Below, piece after piece: positions 17,722-27,987 of a stretch of DNA of 64,000 nt. Source of the stretch: Methylobacter sp. GTDB taxonomy: Bacteria > Pseudomonadota > Gammaproteobacteria > Methylococcales > Methylomonadaceae. Position 1 is the first letter of the stretch. Each line of letters opens with the position of its first letter. The translations under genes and the position numbers were made by a program. The notes under the pieces are model-generated. The model did no database searches. It saw nothing but the letters and a program-made list of their open reading frames with translations, and was not told the DNA's origin. The DNA lies in assembly GCA_026399025.1 (NCBI GenBank), contig JAPLRU010000090.1, positions 46,881 to 110,880 on the forward strand. Reading direction: 5' to 3'.

Positions 17722-19311
17722 GTGAAGAACTCTTTTTTTCTGGTTATCCCAGCGCAACAAAACAATCCCCAGCGTGTAAAAGAATTTGAAACCAAAGCAT
17801 TGCAACATTGGGTTGCTGAGTTACCTACGGCTAATCCCGGCTTGGCCACGCGCCTGCTGCACGATTTTCTTATCGACTTTAATGCCATTCAGATGAATAT
17901 CCAGTTAAGGCTGGATGCGTTGGAGCTATTAAGCCCGAGTGTTCATGTCATTGAAGACTACCTTCGATCCAGATTGATTAAAGCCGGTTTTCCGAAAGAA
18001 GAAAATGACAAGAAGATTTTGACCGTCTTGGTTTCTATTGAAAAGGAATTCACCATCGGCTATTGGATGGTGCTGAAAGAGCTAACCAAGCGCAATGTCG
18101 GCTGGTTTCAAGGAAAAAATGCAGCATTAGCGCTTCAGCGTTGCATCAAAGGCTTGAGCAATATTATCGTCAGTCATTTTATTATGGGAATGCCGATACC
18201 CGATTGGGTATGGATCGACTTACATTCGCTTTACAACTTGGGGCTAACAATAAAACAAAGTACCGCTAAAGTCGCCAATGATATAAGCCAGTCCACTAAG
18301 GCCGGCAGTCCTGAAGACTGCTATCGGCAGATTCTTTTGTTGAGCCTTGCCGACCCGACCGGCTTAATGCAAAAAGAAATTTTATTGGTTTATGGTTTTA
18401 TCGAAACCGTAGGTTCTTTGGTCGGCTTAAAAAAAGAGCGGGTTAATGGTCAGCAAATACAAAGCGTTGTTTTAACCGACGAGGATAAATCGCCTTTTCA
18501 TCAGTTTGAAGCAACTGTCAAAAACGATTCGTCAACACTGTACCTGGATTTTAGCAAATTGTTTAAGGCTTTTAGGCAGAAAGAAAAGCTGATTAATGCG
18601 GCCGAGGCAAGGTTTAGTTCGATGCATGCCTCGAAAGCTACTATCGAAAAGCCTTCGGCAGAGTTGCTCGATTATCTGGAACAAAGATGGCACGGCGTTG
18701 ATTTGCAAGGGGTGCCCTTTTTTAGCGATAGAACGGATCGGTATATCGCCGTAGGTTTGGAGTCTGCCCATGAATTGCAAAACGCGTTGGAACCCGTTAG
18801 CGAAAAAGACCTGGAGCTTCGCGTTCAATCCGCATCGGATAGGCTATTGTCCGGGATATTTGAAAAAACAGGCGTGTTGTCGGTAGGTAGTCTGGTCAGT
18901 TTTAGAAAAACCGACAGTCCTGAGCATAAGCGCTCGTTAGGCATTGTTAATAAAATCATTGTCGATAGGCAAAGCGGTAGAATAAATTTCGGTATGCAGT
19001 TATTGGCGCATCAATCCATTGCCGTCACTTATGTTCACTTGGATGAGGCTGGCAAGGACATTCCGCAGAAAGGCTTGTTTTATAGCGCAAAAGAGTTGGA
19101 ATATGAAAAAAGTTACCTCATTACCGATAGTTTTATGCTGAAAGACGGCGATGTGATCCGAATGTTTATGAACAACGAAGATTTTCCCGTAGTCCTAAGC
19201 GGCAGGAAGAATGTCGGGTTGGGCTACTGGCAGTTTGAATGTCGCCGGGTAGCGGAAAAAGGCAGGGCGCCGGTACCGGCTCAGGGTAAAAAAGGGTACG
19301 ATTTCATTTAA
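17722..19311 (+). CDS. Hypothetical protein, 529 aa, function unknown
   Basis: Long ORF (GTG start) with coding-like composition. I do not recognise any diagnostic catalytic motif. Confidence 0.6.
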   Translation: MKNSFFLVIPAQQNNPQRVKEFETKALQHWVAELPTANPGLATRLLHDFLIDFNAIQMNIQLRLDALELLSPSVHVIEDYLRSRLIKAGFPKEENDKKILTVLVSIEKEFTIGYWMVLKELTKRNVGWFQGKNAALALQRCIKGLSNIIVSHFIMGMPIPDWVWIDLHSLYNLGLTIKQSTAKVANDISQSTKAGSPEDCYRQILLLSLADPTGLMQKEILLVYGFIETVGSLVGLKKERVNGQQIQSVVLTDEDKSPFHQFEATVKNDSSTLYLDFSKLFKAFRQKEKLINAAEARFSSMHASKATIEKPSAELLDYLEQRWHGVDLQGVPFFSDRTDRYIAVGLESAHELQNALEPVSEKDLELRVQSASDRLLSGIFEKTGVLSVGSLVSFRKTDSPEHKRSLGIVNKIIVDRQSGRINFGMQLLAHQSIAVTYVHLDEAGKDIPQKGLFYSAKELEYEKSYLITDSFMLKDGDVIRMFMNNEDFPVVLSGRKNVGLGYWQFECRRVAEKGRAPVPAQGKKGYDFI

Positions 19312-19560
19312 ATAACACATGTTATTGAAATACAGCGTTATATGCATATAGCACTTGAAAAGTTTTTTTATCGTGGTAAGTTGGCAAGTCAAGTTGATTG
19401 TTGGTGATGAATTGTCGGCTTTTTAAAATGCAGGTATGAAAAGTAAGGGTTGCTAACTCGTGTCGAGATAGTTTGAGTATATGAGTTATCAAGGTAATCA
19501 GGTAATATGCTACGAGTAAAACCTGAACATAATAAAAAATTACAATAGTGAGGATACGAA

Positions 19561-20046
19561 ATGAGTAACGAAGAAAATGCTAAAAAGACTGTCGAAGCTG
19601 CAAAAGAAACGGCTGACAAACTGTTATCATCAATGATGAGGTTAAAAGAGCAGAACCCCAAAGTATTTTTTGGGGCTATTGGCGGTCTAGTCTTTCTATT
19701 GCTTGTCATGATGATGAGTGGCGGTAATCCAGAGATTGTTTCCGGCCCTTCAGCCAAGAATCTCGTTGCAGGCCAGCGCTATGTTTTGAAAAATCCTAAT
19801 ACTTATGAAATTCAGTCGCCTATTCAATTAGTTGCCGTACCTGGCGCTATAGCGGCATTTGATGACAGTGAAGATGAAGAAAAAGGCAAGGTTGAATCTT
19901 GCAGACGCATAGCACAAGGAACGGCCGTATCTGTTGTAGACTTCCAGGATTTTGCAGGAAAGAAAAATGCATTTGTTAAAGTTCAGGTTGAAGATGGTGA
20001 GTGCAAAGGCAGTTCCGGTTGGGTTCTGGCAATTGATGTTCAATAA
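19561..20046 (+). CDS. Hypothetical single-pass membrane protein (161 aa)
   Basis: ATG preceded by GAGGA. One TM segment (VFFGAIGGLVFLLLVMMM) followed by a small beta-rich C-terminal domain. Confidence 0.55.
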   Translation: MSNEENAKKTVEAAKETADKLLSSMMRLKEQNPKVFFGAIGGLVFLLLVMMMSGGNPEIVSGPSAKNLVAGQRYVLKNPNTYEIQSPIQLVAVPGAIAAFDDSEDEEKGKVESCRRIAQGTAVSVVDFQDFAGKKNAFVKVQVEDGECKGSSGWVLAIDVQ

Positions 20047-20049
20047 TAG

Positions 20050-20077
20050 TTGACAAAGCCCAAAAAGAGCTTATAAT
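20050..20077 (+). promoter_or_regulatory. Sigma70-type promoter of the tRNA-Gly/tRNA-Cys operon
   Basis: Perfect TTGACA (20050-20055), 16-nt spacer, perfect TATAAT (20072-20077). Ends about 18 nt upstream of the tRNA-Gly 5' end. Confidence 0.7.
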
Positions 20078-20095
20078 GAGCAAATAAATTGAAGC

Positions 20096-20170
20096 GCGGG
20101 AATAGCTCAGTGGTAGAGCACAACCTTGCCAAGGTTGGGGTCGCGAGTTCGAATCTCGTTTCCCGCTCCA
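20096..20170 (+). tRNA. tRNA-Gly (anticodon GCC)
   Basis: Acceptor stem GCGGGAA/TTCCCGC, anticodon loop CTTGCCAAG, T-arm GGTCGCGAGTTCGAATCTCG, encoded CCA. Near-identical in layout to E. coli tRNA-Gly(GCC). Confidence 0.97.
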
Positions 20171-20183
20171 ATTAATTAAAAGA

Positions 20184-20209
20184 AAGCCGCGAACCATCGC
20201 GGCTTTTTT
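20184..20209 (+). terminator. Rho-independent terminator-like hairpin after tRNA-Gly
   Basis: aagccgcga-acca-tcgcggctt followed by a T run (tttta). Confidence 0.7.
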
Positions 20210-20222
20210 ATTTCACTTTTAC

Positions 20223-20296
20223 GGCTGCGTAGCAAAATGGTTATGCAGTGGCCTGCAAAGCCATCTACGGCGGTTCGATTCCGCCCGCAGCCTCCA
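20223..20296 (+). tRNA. tRNA-Cys (anticodon GCA)
   Basis: Acceptor stem GGCTGCG/CGCAGCC, anticodon loop CTGCAAA, T-arm GGCGGTTCGATTCCGCC, encoded CCA. Confidence 0.95.
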
Positions 20297-20313
20297 AAAA
20301 GTTAAATAAAATC

Positions 20314-20337
20314 AACCGCTTAATTGCGGTTTTTTTA
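20314..20337 (+). terminator. Rho-independent terminator after tRNA-Cys
   Basis: aaccgc-ttaatt-gcggtt followed by tttttt. Confidence 0.7.
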
Positions 20338-20475
20338 TGCCTGCTATTTTTTAATGCGGTAAAAATACTAAGAAATAGGGTAAAAATAGCTTATAAATAC
20401 CTTTTGGAGTGGTCGAAACCACCCCGTAACAGATTGGCAAGGGTATGGCGACAATTAGGCAGCGATCATCAGGTG

Positions 20476-23427
20476 TTAATCCGCTTTTAAAGACAACTGG
20501 GTAACAATTTCGCCATTCTCTCTGTTCGGATCGATTGCGGTATCCAATATAAATATCCGCTCGTTGGCTATGCCGCCTTTTTGCACGATGTAGTTGGCAA
20601 TCGCCCGCGCTCTTTCGGCGGCCAAATCCTTTAGTCGCTGTTCTTCCGGTTTAATGATGGCTGACAGTTTTTCCTTGGCGACCGCATAAAACTCGTCTGT
20701 GTCGGTATCGGCCTTAGTGTCGACCAAGCGTAGCGTCCCCAGCAACGGTTTTTCCACCAGCAACGGAAGCTTTTCAACAAACAACTGCTCCATCAAGCGT
20801 CTGTAATCCTGGTCGGAAATAACGACATATTCCGGACGTATTTTTCTGCCGCCTTTTTTATTAATCTCATCGGCTTTTATCCGTTTAAGTTGGTCGTATA
20901 ACGCGTCGTCGCTGACCGCCGGCCAATCCTGCTGCTGGAAAGCGGCTCCTTTGATTTCCAGTTTTAACACCGGCCGCGCTTTTAAGGCCTTGGCTAAATC
21001 GTCCAGCTTGCGGATTTGCTGCTGATTTAACTCCGCGCTACCCGCAGGAAAACTGACTGTACTTAAGTCCTCTTCACTGCCTATCAACGAAGCTAAGGCA
21101 CGAAAAGGCGAGGTGATGACTTTGCCGATCGCATTCGCTATCGCATCGCCGATAAGATGCGTCACGCTGAATTGAGGATCTTCCAAGCTGCCGGAAATAG
21201 GTACATGCAGTTTTATTTTGCCTTCGGAATCCTTCATCAAAGATACCGCCAATTCCATCGGCAAGGACACGGCATTGGGGTTTTCCACTTTTTCGCCCAA
21301 TTCGAAGCGATCGATCAGGATGTTGTTGGTTGCGGTCAGCTCTTTATGCGCGACTTTATAATTGAGTTTCAACGACATTTTGCCTTTTTCAACTTTATAA
21401 CCGGCAAACTGCACCATGTAAGATGAAATTAACGGCATCGGCATGCCGGTAAAATTCACCGCGACGGTGTAATCGCCTTGGTAAGGGCTGATTTCGCCTT
21501 TGATATCGACCGGGGACAGGTCATAAGCGTTGCCTTTTAAATCGAATTTGACGGTTGATTTTTGTTCCGAGGAAAGGCCGCCGGCGCCGCCGTCCAGGCT
21601 TTTGATTTGCGCGGCGAACGGCAAAATCAGCGAGAGATCGGAAAAGTCGGTCGAGCCGTCGACAATTTGAATGTTGCCCAAGTTGAATATCGGCTTTTGT
21701 GCTTCATTGTCTTGTTTTGGCAAGGAAGGAGGGCTATCTGGTGTCCGCTCTTTGTTTTGCGGCAGGAGGGCAGGGGGGGATTTAATGATAATGTCGCCGA
21801 AATTAACGGTCTTGTCCTTTCGGATCACGACTCTGGCATAAGGCTTATCGATCAGCAAGGTTTCGGCGCTGTAGCGATTTGCCGGCAGCTCCACATCGAT
21901 GCCGCTCAGTGTTAAATTATCCCATTTTATAAAATCCTTGTTTTTCAACTGGTCTCGGGTTAAAAAATCGGCAATTTCGCTGTTGCCGGTAAATTTAAGC
22001 TCCAGTTTGTCTTGTGCCGATTTGGCGACCGAAATTTTGCCGTCAATAGCCAGTCTTCCGTCGATCACGTCCAGCCGCGCAAAATTATCGACATAAGTCT
22101 GGAAGTCTTCCAGAGCAATCTCTTTGGCATTAACCGCTATCTGCGCCGACAACGGTTCGATCACGGTGTTGCCGTCCAGCGTGATCAGACCGTTTTTATT
22201 AAATCCGACACTGAGCTGAAAAGGCAGGTTCGCACCGGCTTTATTAGTGAAATTGGTCAGCTTGAAATGGATCGGTTTGACGCTCAGCGTGACCGGATTT
22301 TTCACAGTCCGGTCTTCAAAAGTCAGCCCGAAATTATCGACTGCGACAGTGTTGATTTGGATGCTCCAAGGTATTGCTTGCGTAGGAGCGGGGACGGATT
22401 CGGTTTTTGCAGTGGCCAACAAGGCTTGATAATTAAGCGTGCCGTCGCTATTCAGCCAGGCTTTTAAATTGGCGTCTTTGGCGGCAACCGATTCAATCAT
22501 CAGTTCATGCCGGTCGAGATTAAACGCGATGCCCCGCAGCGCAACAACAGGTATTTTAACCGGCGCTTTATCCTGGGGACTTAGCGAAACTTGAAGGTTG
22601 CGCAGTTCGATTTTGCCTTGATTGACGTTAAGGTTAAATTTATCGCCGGTATAATCGGTTTTGTAATCGGCCTCAAACCGCGCATGGCCGCGCAAATCGG
22701 CTTGTATAACATCTTGCAAAGCCAGCGCCTGTAGTCTGGATAGCTGCACATTATCCAATGTGAGATGCCCGGATGAAGATAATGGCTTTAAATTCAACGC
22801 ACCTTGCCAATCCAGTTTGCCGCCCGAGCTTAATTCCAGGGATAAACTCAGCTTGGATTGCCGATCCGTCTGAGCAGTCAGGTTTTCAATCAGCAGATTG
22901 ATCGGGTACACCGTTTCCTGTTCGGGACTTTTAAAATGGGCATCATCCCAATCCAATTTGCCTTCGGAGATCGACAGTTTGACGATATTGACCGGAAAAA
23001 TTTTAGCCTTATCCGTTTGGGTTTTGTCGCTGTCTTTAATCAGGTCGTTAAAATTGAAGCTTCCGTTTTTATTCCTGGCAATACGGATACTCGGTTTATG
23101 CAGCGATATTTTGTCAATAATCAGTGCCGCTTGACCGATAGATTGCCGCGCATTGAGCTCGATAAAAAGATCGTCAAAGCCGACAAAGCGGCGGGCGTCG
23201 GGGTCTTGAAGCGCGAATCCGTGTAGGCTTAAGCGGAGCGAAAAAGGATCGAATCGAACCGCGGCAAGCGATGCTTTCCGGCCGGTTTGTTGTTGGATGA
23301 GTTCGGGAAGTTTCGCTTTGACCAGCGTCGGCAACACATAATAGCCCAGCATTGCGTAGACCCCGAGAAGACTGCCCGCGATAAGAACAGTCGTTTTGAT
23401 CTTGGCTGCTAGGGAAGGGATTTTCAT
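20476..23427 (-). CDS. DUF748/AsmA-like large envelope protein (983 aa)
   Basis: N-terminal TM anchor, then a long beta-rich region with repeated segments typical of AsmA/DUF748-family proteins. No enzymatic motifs. Confidence 0.7.
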   Translation of the reverse strand: MKIPSLAAKIKTTVLIAGSLLGVYAMLGYYVLPTLVKAKLPELIQQQTGRKASLAAVRFDPFSLRLSLHGFALQDPDARRFVGFDDLFIELNARQSIGQAALIIDKISLHKPSIRIARNKNGSFNFNDLIKDSDKTQTDKAKIFPVNIVKLSISEGKLDWDDAHFKSPEQETVYPINLLIENLTAQTDRQSKLSLSLELSSGGKLDWQGALNLKPLSSSGHLTLDNVQLSRLQALALQDVIQADLRGHARFEADYKTDYTGDKFNLNVNQGKIELRNLQVSLSPQDKAPVKIPVVALRGIAFNLDRHELMIESVAAKDANLKAWLNSDGTLNYQALLATAKTESVPAPTQAIPWSIQINTVAVDNFGLTFEDRTVKNPVTLSVKPIHFKLTNFTNKAGANLPFQLSVGFNKNGLITLDGNTVIEPLSAQIAVNAKEIALEDFQTYVDNFARLDVIDGRLAIDGKISVAKSAQDKLELKFTGNSEIADFLTRDQLKNKDFIKWDNLTLSGIDVELPANRYSAETLLIDKPYARVVIRKDKTVNFGDIIIKSPPALLPQNKERTPDSPPSLPKQDNEAQKPIFNLGNIQIVDGSTDFSDLSLILPFAAQIKSLDGGAGGLSSEQKSTVKFDLKGNAYDLSPVDIKGEISPYQGDYTVAVNFTGMPMPLISSYMVQFAGYKVEKGKMSLKLNYKVAHKELTATNNILIDRFELGEKVENPNAVSLPMELAVSLMKDSEGKIKLHVPISGSLEDPQFSVTHLIGDAIANAIGKVITSPFRALASLIGSEEDLSTVSFPAGSAELNQQQIRKLDDLAKALKARPVLKLEIKGAAFQQQDWPAVSDDALYDQLKRIKADEINKKGGRKIRPEYVVISDQDYRRLMEQLFVEKLPLLVEKPLLGTLRLVDTKADTDTDEFYAVAKEKLSAIIKPEEQRLKDLAAERARAIANYIVQKGGIANERIFILDTAIDPNRENGEIVTQLSLKAD

Positions 23428-23639
23428 GAAGCTCGGTCGCCTAAAGTTTTTAATTGGTTAGCGCCATTATAAACAAAAAAGGCGGCTCTCAGGTTGCGCG
23501 GGTTCCGAGGCTTTAGCTTCGCCAGGCGGCAAGCTTGCGCTCAGTCGATTCAGAGCGCAGGGATGTATTTTATAGAGTCCGAAGTGAATAAATCGACATC
23601 GTTCTCTTGAAGCTTGAGGGGCAATAACCGTTCGCCGTA

Positions 23640-23957
23640 TCAATTCAGTAGCGTTACAGCCTGCGAGAATAAGTGCAGCCAAGCGGATTTAATAGCCGGC
23701 CATGAAACAGAACCGGCCCTGACCATGCCGACGATGCCGACCATAATCCAAAACACGTTCAGCAAGGTATAGGCGTTATCTTTTTTGAGTATCGAACACC
23801 AGGACAGTATCACCGCATCGGCGGTATTAAAAGCCCAGACAAACAAAAACGGACTTTCAGCGCCCAGCCAACTGACCAACGAGAAGCTGAAAATGCGCAT
23901 CAGCACGCCGAGCATTTCGATAAATTTTATGTATTTGAGGACGAATGAATTCAGCAT
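23640..23957 (-). CDS. Hypothetical small integral membrane protein (about 90-105 aa)
   Basis: Three hydrophobic segments. Sits directly downstream of uvrA on the same strand. Confidence 0.4.
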   Translation of the reverse strand: MLNSFVLKYIKFIEMLGVLMRIFSFSLVSWLGAESPFLFVWAFNTADAVILSWCSILKKDNAYTLLNVFWIMVGIVGMVRAGSVSWPAIKSAWLHLFSQAVTLLN

Positions 23958-23964
23958 AGGATGA

Positions 23965-26793
23965 TTATTTAACCACAGGCTCGAAAAAGCGCTTTAGATA
24001 CTGCCCCGTATGCGAGGCCTCGTTTTCAGAAACCTGTTTCGGGGTACCTTCCGCCACTAATATTCCGCCGCCGTCGCCGCCTTCGGGGCCCATGTCGATG
24101 ATCCAGTCGGCGGTTTTAATCACATCCAGGTTATGCTCGATGACAATAACGGTATTGCCGTGATCGCGCAGGGTATGCAACACGGTCAATAATTGCTTGA
24201 TGTCGTGAAAATGCAGGCCGGTGGTCGGTTCATCGAGTATATATAAGGTTTTGCCGGTATCGCGCTTGGACAGTTCTTTGGCGAGCTTGACCCGTTGCGC
24301 TTCGCCGCCGGACAAGGTGGTCGCATTCTGGCCCAGGGTGATATAACTCAGGCCGACTTCAACCAAGGTGTGTAATTTACGCGCCAGCGTCGGCACCGGG
24401 CTGAAAAATTCGGCCGCATCTTCAACGGTCATGTCCAGTACTTGATTGATGGTAAGGCCTTTATAGCGTATCTCCAGCGTTTCTCGGTTATAGCGTTTGC
24501 CGCCGCAACTGTCGCAGTTGACGAAAATATCCGGTAAAAAATGCATTTCGACTTTAATCACCCCGTCGCCTTTGCAGGCTTCGCAGCGGCCGCCTTTGAC
24601 GTTAAAACTGAAGCGACCCGGCGAATAACCGCGCGAACGCGCTTCGGGCGTCGCCGAAAACAATTCGCGGATCGGCGTGAACAGACCGGTATACGTGGCC
24701 GGGTTCGAGCGCGGTGTACGGCCGATCGGGCTTTGGTCGATATCGACAACTTTATCGAAATGCTCCAGGCCTTCGATAGCATCGCAGGGCGCAGGAATAA
24801 TTCCGGCCCGGTTGATTAACCGCGCCGCGTGGCAATACAAAGTATCGTTGATCAGCGTCGATTTACCGGAACCGGAGACGCCGGTGACGCAAGTCAGCAA
24901 GCCGACCGGGAAGGCGATATCGACATTTTTCAGGTTATTGCCGTGGGCGTTGCGTATCACTATCTGTTTATCTTTATTCACCGGCGTTAATACTGCGGGT
25001 ACGGCAATGCCGACTTTGCCCGATAAGTATTGCCCGGTTAATGAATCTTCGTTATTGATGATGTCTTGCAAGGTGCCTTGCGCAATGATTTGCCCGCCAT
25101 GCACGCCGGCGCCGGGGCCTATGTCGACGATATGCTGGGCCGAGCGGATCGCATCCTCGTCATGCTCAACCACGATCACGGTATTGCCCAAATCGCGCAA
25201 ACGAAACAAAGTGTTCAGCAAGCGCTGGTTGTCGCGTTGATGCAAGCCTATCGACGGCTCATCCAGCACATACATCACCCCGACCAAACCGGCGCCGATT
25301 TGGCTGGCAAGGCGGATACGTTGCGCTTCGCCGCCGGACAGCGTGTCGGCGCTGCGATCCAGAGTTAAATAATCGAGGCCGACATTAACTAAAAATTCCA
25401 GCCGTTCCTGAATTTCCTTGACGATTTTTGCGGCTACTTCGCCGCGTTTGCCGGTCAAGTTCAGGTTTTTAAAAAAATCCAGGGATTTGCGGATCGGAAA
25501 ACGGGTCAGATGATGCAGCGGCAAATCTTCAATGAATACGTTTCTGGCCGAGATGTTAAGCCGGGCGCCATCGCAACTATTACAAGGTTTTTGGGATAAA
25601 TATTTAGCCAATTCGTCGCGCACCAATTGCGAATCGGTTTCGTGGTAACGCCGATCCATATTGGCAACGATGCCTTCGAAACTATGGCGTTTCTTTTTGA
25701 CCGAGCCGGTTCCGGCCATGAACTTAAATTCAATCGCTTCACGGCCGCTGCCGTACAGAATAATGTCTTGCGTTGCTTTGGACAGTGTTGAAAACGGAGC
25801 TTCCGGGTCGAAGTGATAATGCTGAGCCAGCGAACAGATGATTTGGTAATAATAGGCGTTGCGCCGATCCCAGCCGCGAATCGCACCGCCGGCCAGACTG
25901 ATGTCGGGGTTATGGACAATCAGTTCGGGATCGAAATGCTGGCGCACGCCCAAGCCGTCGCAACTGCTGCATGCGCCTTTGGGGTTGTTAAACGAGAAAA
26001 TGCGCGGTTCCAGTTCGGTCAGCGAGTAGCCGCAATGGGGGCAGGCGTAGCGTTCGGAAAACAGCAGTTCGGTGGCATCGTCGATACAGGCTGCAATCGC
26101 GATGCCGTCGGCAATGCGCAGGGCGGTTTCAAAGGATTCGGACAGCCTTAGCGCGATGTCGTCGCGGATTTTAAAGCGGTCGACAATGACTTCAATGGTG
26201 TGTTTCTTTTTTAAATCCAGTACCGGCGGTTCATCCAAGTCGTACACGGTGCCGTCGATGCGGGCGCGGATGAAGCCTTGGGCGCGCAGGTCGTCGAGCA
26301 ACTGGATATGCTCGCCTTTGCGGTCGTTGACCACCGGAGCCAGCAACATCCAGCGCTGGTCCTGGGTTTGCGACAAGACATGGTCAACCATTTGGCTGAC
26401 CGTTTGCGCTTCCAGTGAAACGTGATGCTCGGGGCAACGCGGCGTCCCGGCGCGGGCATAGAGCAATCTTAAATAATCGTAGATTTCGGTGATGGTGCCG
26501 ACGGTGGAACGCGGATTGTGCGAGGTGGATTTTTGTTCGATGGAAATGGCCGGGGACAGGCCTTCGATATGGTCGACATCGGGCTTTTCCATGATGGCTA
26601 GGAATTGCCGGGCGTAAGTGGACAGAGATTCTACATAGCGCCGCTGGCCTTCGGCATAAATGGTGTCGAAGGCCAACGATGATTTGCCCGAACCGGACAG
26701 GCCGGTGATGACGATGAGGCTATCTCTGGGCAGATCAAGATCGATATTTTTCAGATTATGGGTTCTGGCGCCACGGATGCTGATCGTATCCAT
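23965..26793 (-). CDS. uvrA: Excinuclease ABC subunit A (UvrA)
   Basis: [24 protein letters not shown]...[28 protein letters not shown], two ABC modules, zinc-finger Cys pairs. 942 aa from the internal ATG at 26793; the track ORF extends 20 codons further upstream. Confidence 0.97.
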   Translation of the reverse strand: MDTISIRGARTHNLKNIDLDLPRDSLIVITGLSGSGKSSLAFDTIYAEGQRRYVESLSTYARQFLAIMEKPDVDHIEGLSPAISIEQKSTSHNPRSTVGTITEIYDYLRLLYARAGTPRCPEHHVSLEAQTVSQMVDHVLSQTQDQRWMLLAPVVNDRKGEHIQLLDDLRAQGFIRARIDGTVYDLDEPPVLDLKKKHTIEVIVDRFKIRDDIALRLSESFETALRIADGIAIAACIDDATELLFSERYACPHCGYSLTELEPRIFSFNNPKGACSSCDGLGVRQHFDPELIVHNPDISLAGGAIRGWDRRNAYYYQIICSLAQHYHFDPEAPFSTLSKATQDIILYGSGREAIEFKFMAGTGSVKKKRHSFEGIVANMDRRYHETDSQLVRDELAKYLSQKPCNSCDGARLNISARNVFIEDLPLHHLTRFPIRKSLDFFKNLNLTGKRGEVAAKIVKEIQERLEFLVNVGLDYLTLDRSADTLSGGEAQRIRLASQIGAGLVGVMYVLDEPSIGLHQRDNQRLLNTLFRLRDLGNTVIVVEHDEDAIRSAQHIVDIGPGAGVHGGQIIAQGTLQDIINNEDSLTGQYLSGKVGIAVPAVLTPVNKDKQIVIRNAHGNNLKNVDIAFPVGLLTCVTGVSGSGKSTLINDTLYCHAARLINRAGIIPAPCDAIEGLEHFDKVVDIDQSPIGRTPRSNPATYTGLFTPIRELFSATPEARSRGYSPGRFSFNVKGGRCEACKGDGVIKVEMHFLPDIFVNCDSCGGKRYNRETLEIRYKGLTINQVLDMTVEDAAEFFSPVPTLARKLHTLVEVGLSYITLGQNATTLSGGEAQRVKLAKELSKRDTGKTLYILDEPTTGLHFHDIKQLLTVLHTLRDHGNTVIVIEHNLDVIKTADWIIDMGPEGGDGGGILVAEGTPKQVSENEASHTGQYLKRFFEPVVK

Positions 26794-26937
26794 TAAGTAA
26801 TTCCCGCAAATTAAACAACCGCATAATATACGAGCAAAGCGGCATGAATACAAACTGCGTCATCCGCGGAATGAGGTATCGAATACACTACGGTAGGTTA
26901 TCGCGATGTCCTGCGAATTGAGGGTAAGGAATGAGCG

Positions 26938-26972
26938 TGAACAGTGCGGTTCGTTCCTCACCGCAGCCTGCG
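26938..26972. repeat. Copy of the GGTGCGGTTCGTTCCTCACCGCAGCC repeat family
   Basis: gaacagtgcggttcgttcctcaccgcagcctgcgg. Compare 5733-5764 (opposite orientation) and 58969-58996. Confidence 0.55.
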
Positions 26973-26983
26973 GCGCTCGAATA

Positions 26984-27184
26984 GTTCCCACGCTCCGGAG
27001 GCTGTGAAAGTATTCGTTTTAGAACAAAAGAAAAAGCCTTCACCACGAAGACACGAAGGACACGAAGTTTTTAATGCGTTGAGTTTAATCAATTATTTTT
27101 TCTTCGTGAACTTCGTGTCTTCGTGGTGAATAGGTTTTTAAACTCATTTTGATAATACTTTCACAGTCTCTCCGGCGTGGGAAC
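26984..27184. mobile_element. MITE-like non-coding element (~200 bp) with ~31-bp imperfect terminal inverted repeats and a central long hairpin
   Basis: Left end gttcccacgctccggaggctgtgaaagtatt. Right end aatactttcacagtctctccggcgtgggaac. Core ttcaccacgaagacacgaaggacacgaag...cttcgtgaacttcgtgtcttcgtggtgaa. A second, inverted copy with an internal insertion lies at ~63545-63786. Confidence 0.6.
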
Positions 27185-27442
27185 GATAGCTGTGGGGGAT
27201 TTATTATTGCGAGTTACCTAAGTGAGCAAAATGTAGATTCGCTAACGAATTAAAAGCTATAGCTATCTATAATTAAACACCCGTAATGAGTACTCGGCGC
27301 GGTGCATTTAAACCCTGAGTTTCAGCCGGTCGTTAATGCATAACTTTATGGTTTATACTAATCTTTAATCAATTTTGGCAATGAGGCTGTTACCGTCAGG
27401 GCTCATTGCTGTAACAAACCGCCAACGGGACGCCGTAACATC

Positions 27443-27967
27443 ATGCATAAGCAGCCGCAAACCAGCTCAGGATTTACCTTAACCGAGCTGATGATCACCT
27501 TGGCTATTGCCGGGACACTGGTAGGGATCGCCATTCCCAGCTTTACTTCCATGGTTACCGGCAACCGATTGACTACCTATGCCAACGAATTGATGACCGC
27601 ATTAAACTTGGCGCGCAGCGAAGCCATTAAACGCGGTGAGCAAGTGACAATCACGCGAAAGGGCGGAAACAGTCAAGAGTGGGAAAGCGGCTGGGATGTA
27701 TTTGTCGACGTCGACCGCGACAATGTATTTAACAATAATGACATATTATTAAGAACCTACGATGCCTTACCCAGCGGCTATACCTTAAGAACAGGCCTCA
27801 GCACATACCAAGACTATGCCGGTTATTCACCCAGCGGTTTAAGTATTGTGGCTGTTAACGATACTTTTAGATTATGCAACGGCACGGATACCGCAACATC
27901 CCGCGCCATTACCGTTAATACTATCGGTCGAGCCCGCGTTTCAACAGGTACTGATTTCTGTCCTTAA
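27443..27967 (+). CDS. fimT: Type IV minor pilin, GspH/FimT(FimU) family
   Basis: Prepilin leader and N-methylation motif SSG|FTLTELMITLAIAGTL. First gene of a fimT-pilVWXY1 cluster. Confidence 0.8.
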   Translation: MHKQPQTSSGFTLTELMITLAIAGTLVGIAIPSFTSMVTGNRLTTYANELMTALNLARSEAIKRGEQVTITRKGGNSQEWESGWDVFVDVDRDNVFNNNDILLRTYDALPSGYTLRTGLSTYQDYAGYSPSGLSIVAVNDTFRLCNGTDTATSRAITVNTIGRARVSTGTDFCP

Positions 27968-27987
27968 TTCATTTTAAAAATATCCCG

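Noticed and set aside
20096-20475. tRNA-Gly/tRNA-Cys as an integration site for a genomic island or prophage
   Set aside because: No integrase is present and no duplicated tRNA 3' segment is visible downstream. The next gene (DUF748) is convergent and of host-like composition.
24541-26459. ORFs overlapping uvrA in other frames or on the opposite strand (24541-24819, 24558-24782, 24677-25240, 25066-25368, 25506-25919, 25813-26151, 26072-26425, 26211-26459). The same applies to ORFs overlapping narH, glyS, the GGDEF-EAL gene, the DUF748 gene and others.
   Set aside because: They fall entirely inside strongly supported conserved genes and show Arg/Ala/Ser-rich out-of-frame or antisense composition. 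They are treated as spurious.
27384-27400. TGGCAATGAGGCTGTT upstream of fimT as a sigma54 (-24/-12) promoter
   Set aside because: The -24 GG is present, but the -12 element reads CTGT rather than TTGC. It also overlaps an imperfect hairpin. The match is too weak to call.
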